DNA of 62,929 nt, the filler included, from Octopus bimaculoides (Eukaryota), in the NCBI RefSeq assembly GCF_001194135.2. It is 4 parts of 3 records of this genome, joined end to end, with 100 filler letters (N's around TTAATTAATTAA, not from the genome) between each part and the next. Parts side by side here need not be neighbours in the genome. Positions count along the whole stretch, not along the records: positions 57,390 to 62,929 come from NC_068991.1; 3 more parts are not named here. The stretch is one strand, 5' to 3'. The position numbers and the translations under genes are program-made. The notes below the pieces were generated by a model, which did not search any database, was not told the DNA's origin, and saw nothing but the letters and a program-made list of their open reading frames with translations. Shown here piece after piece: positions 62,461 to 62,929 of this stretch (positions are counted from its first letter, which is position 1; each line of letters opens with the position of its first letter).

Positions 62461-62929
62461 GTGTGTGTGTGTGTGTATACATATATAAAAAATATGCCAA
62501 AAAGCCATCTCTACTAATTTTTTCAAATATATATATATATATATATATATATAATGTATATATATATATAATTATATAGATATCTTTTTATTATAGCCAC
62601 ACAGGGCTAAATACAGAAAATGGACAAATTACAAAGTAGAGCTTTTCTTGGGGGGGGGGATAATTTCGATCAAAAGGGATCGCGGGAAGAAAAAAAAACG
62701 TGGAGGGGGTGGCGATCAATAGGGATCGTATATCACAGTCGATGTAAAAAACGGGGAACAGATTAGGTTTATCCGTGGAGAGAAAAGCCTACGGAAAAGA
62801 CCACGGTCACCTCAGGCTTTTTTTTAAAAGGTACATGAAAGTAAGTACCTTCTCTCTTTTTGTCTCTTTTTGTTACAAGTCTATGCTTAAAATGGTGTCG
62901 TCTTTCATTCTTACCATTCTTGCCACATT

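Overview
AT-rich, microsatellite-dense eukaryotic DNA with many N gaps. The repeat content (tRNA-derived SINEs, RTE, Penelope, R4/Dong-like LINEs, piggyBac/hAT/mariner remnants) looks like a coleoid cephalopod, probably Octopus (inferred). One host gene is well supported: a minus-strand IL-17 receptor D (Sef)-like gene. Four in-frame, phase-1 exons splice together: Ser/Thr stalk 24615-24737, transmembrane 22351-22497, linker 17995-18039 and SEFIR plus a long polyQ/polyK tail 12424-14186. No IL-17R fibronectin-type ectodomain exons could be assigned firmly; a few small candidate upstream exons exist, and real exons may lie in gaps or beyond the window. A sharp CpG-depletion boundary near 23.4-24.4 kb is confirmed by paired repeat copies on either side. 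Other notable structures: a Penelope element nested in an RTE LINE with an 11-bp TSD and carrying a tRNA-like Pol III head plus a hammerhead-like motif, two more minimal hammerhead-like motifs, Dong-like remnants inside (AAT)n, and an RLE-LINE remnant bracketed by a 73-bp direct repeat. Most listed six-frame ORFs are microsatellite or N-gap artefacts. All homology calls are from recalled family motifs; no database search was run.
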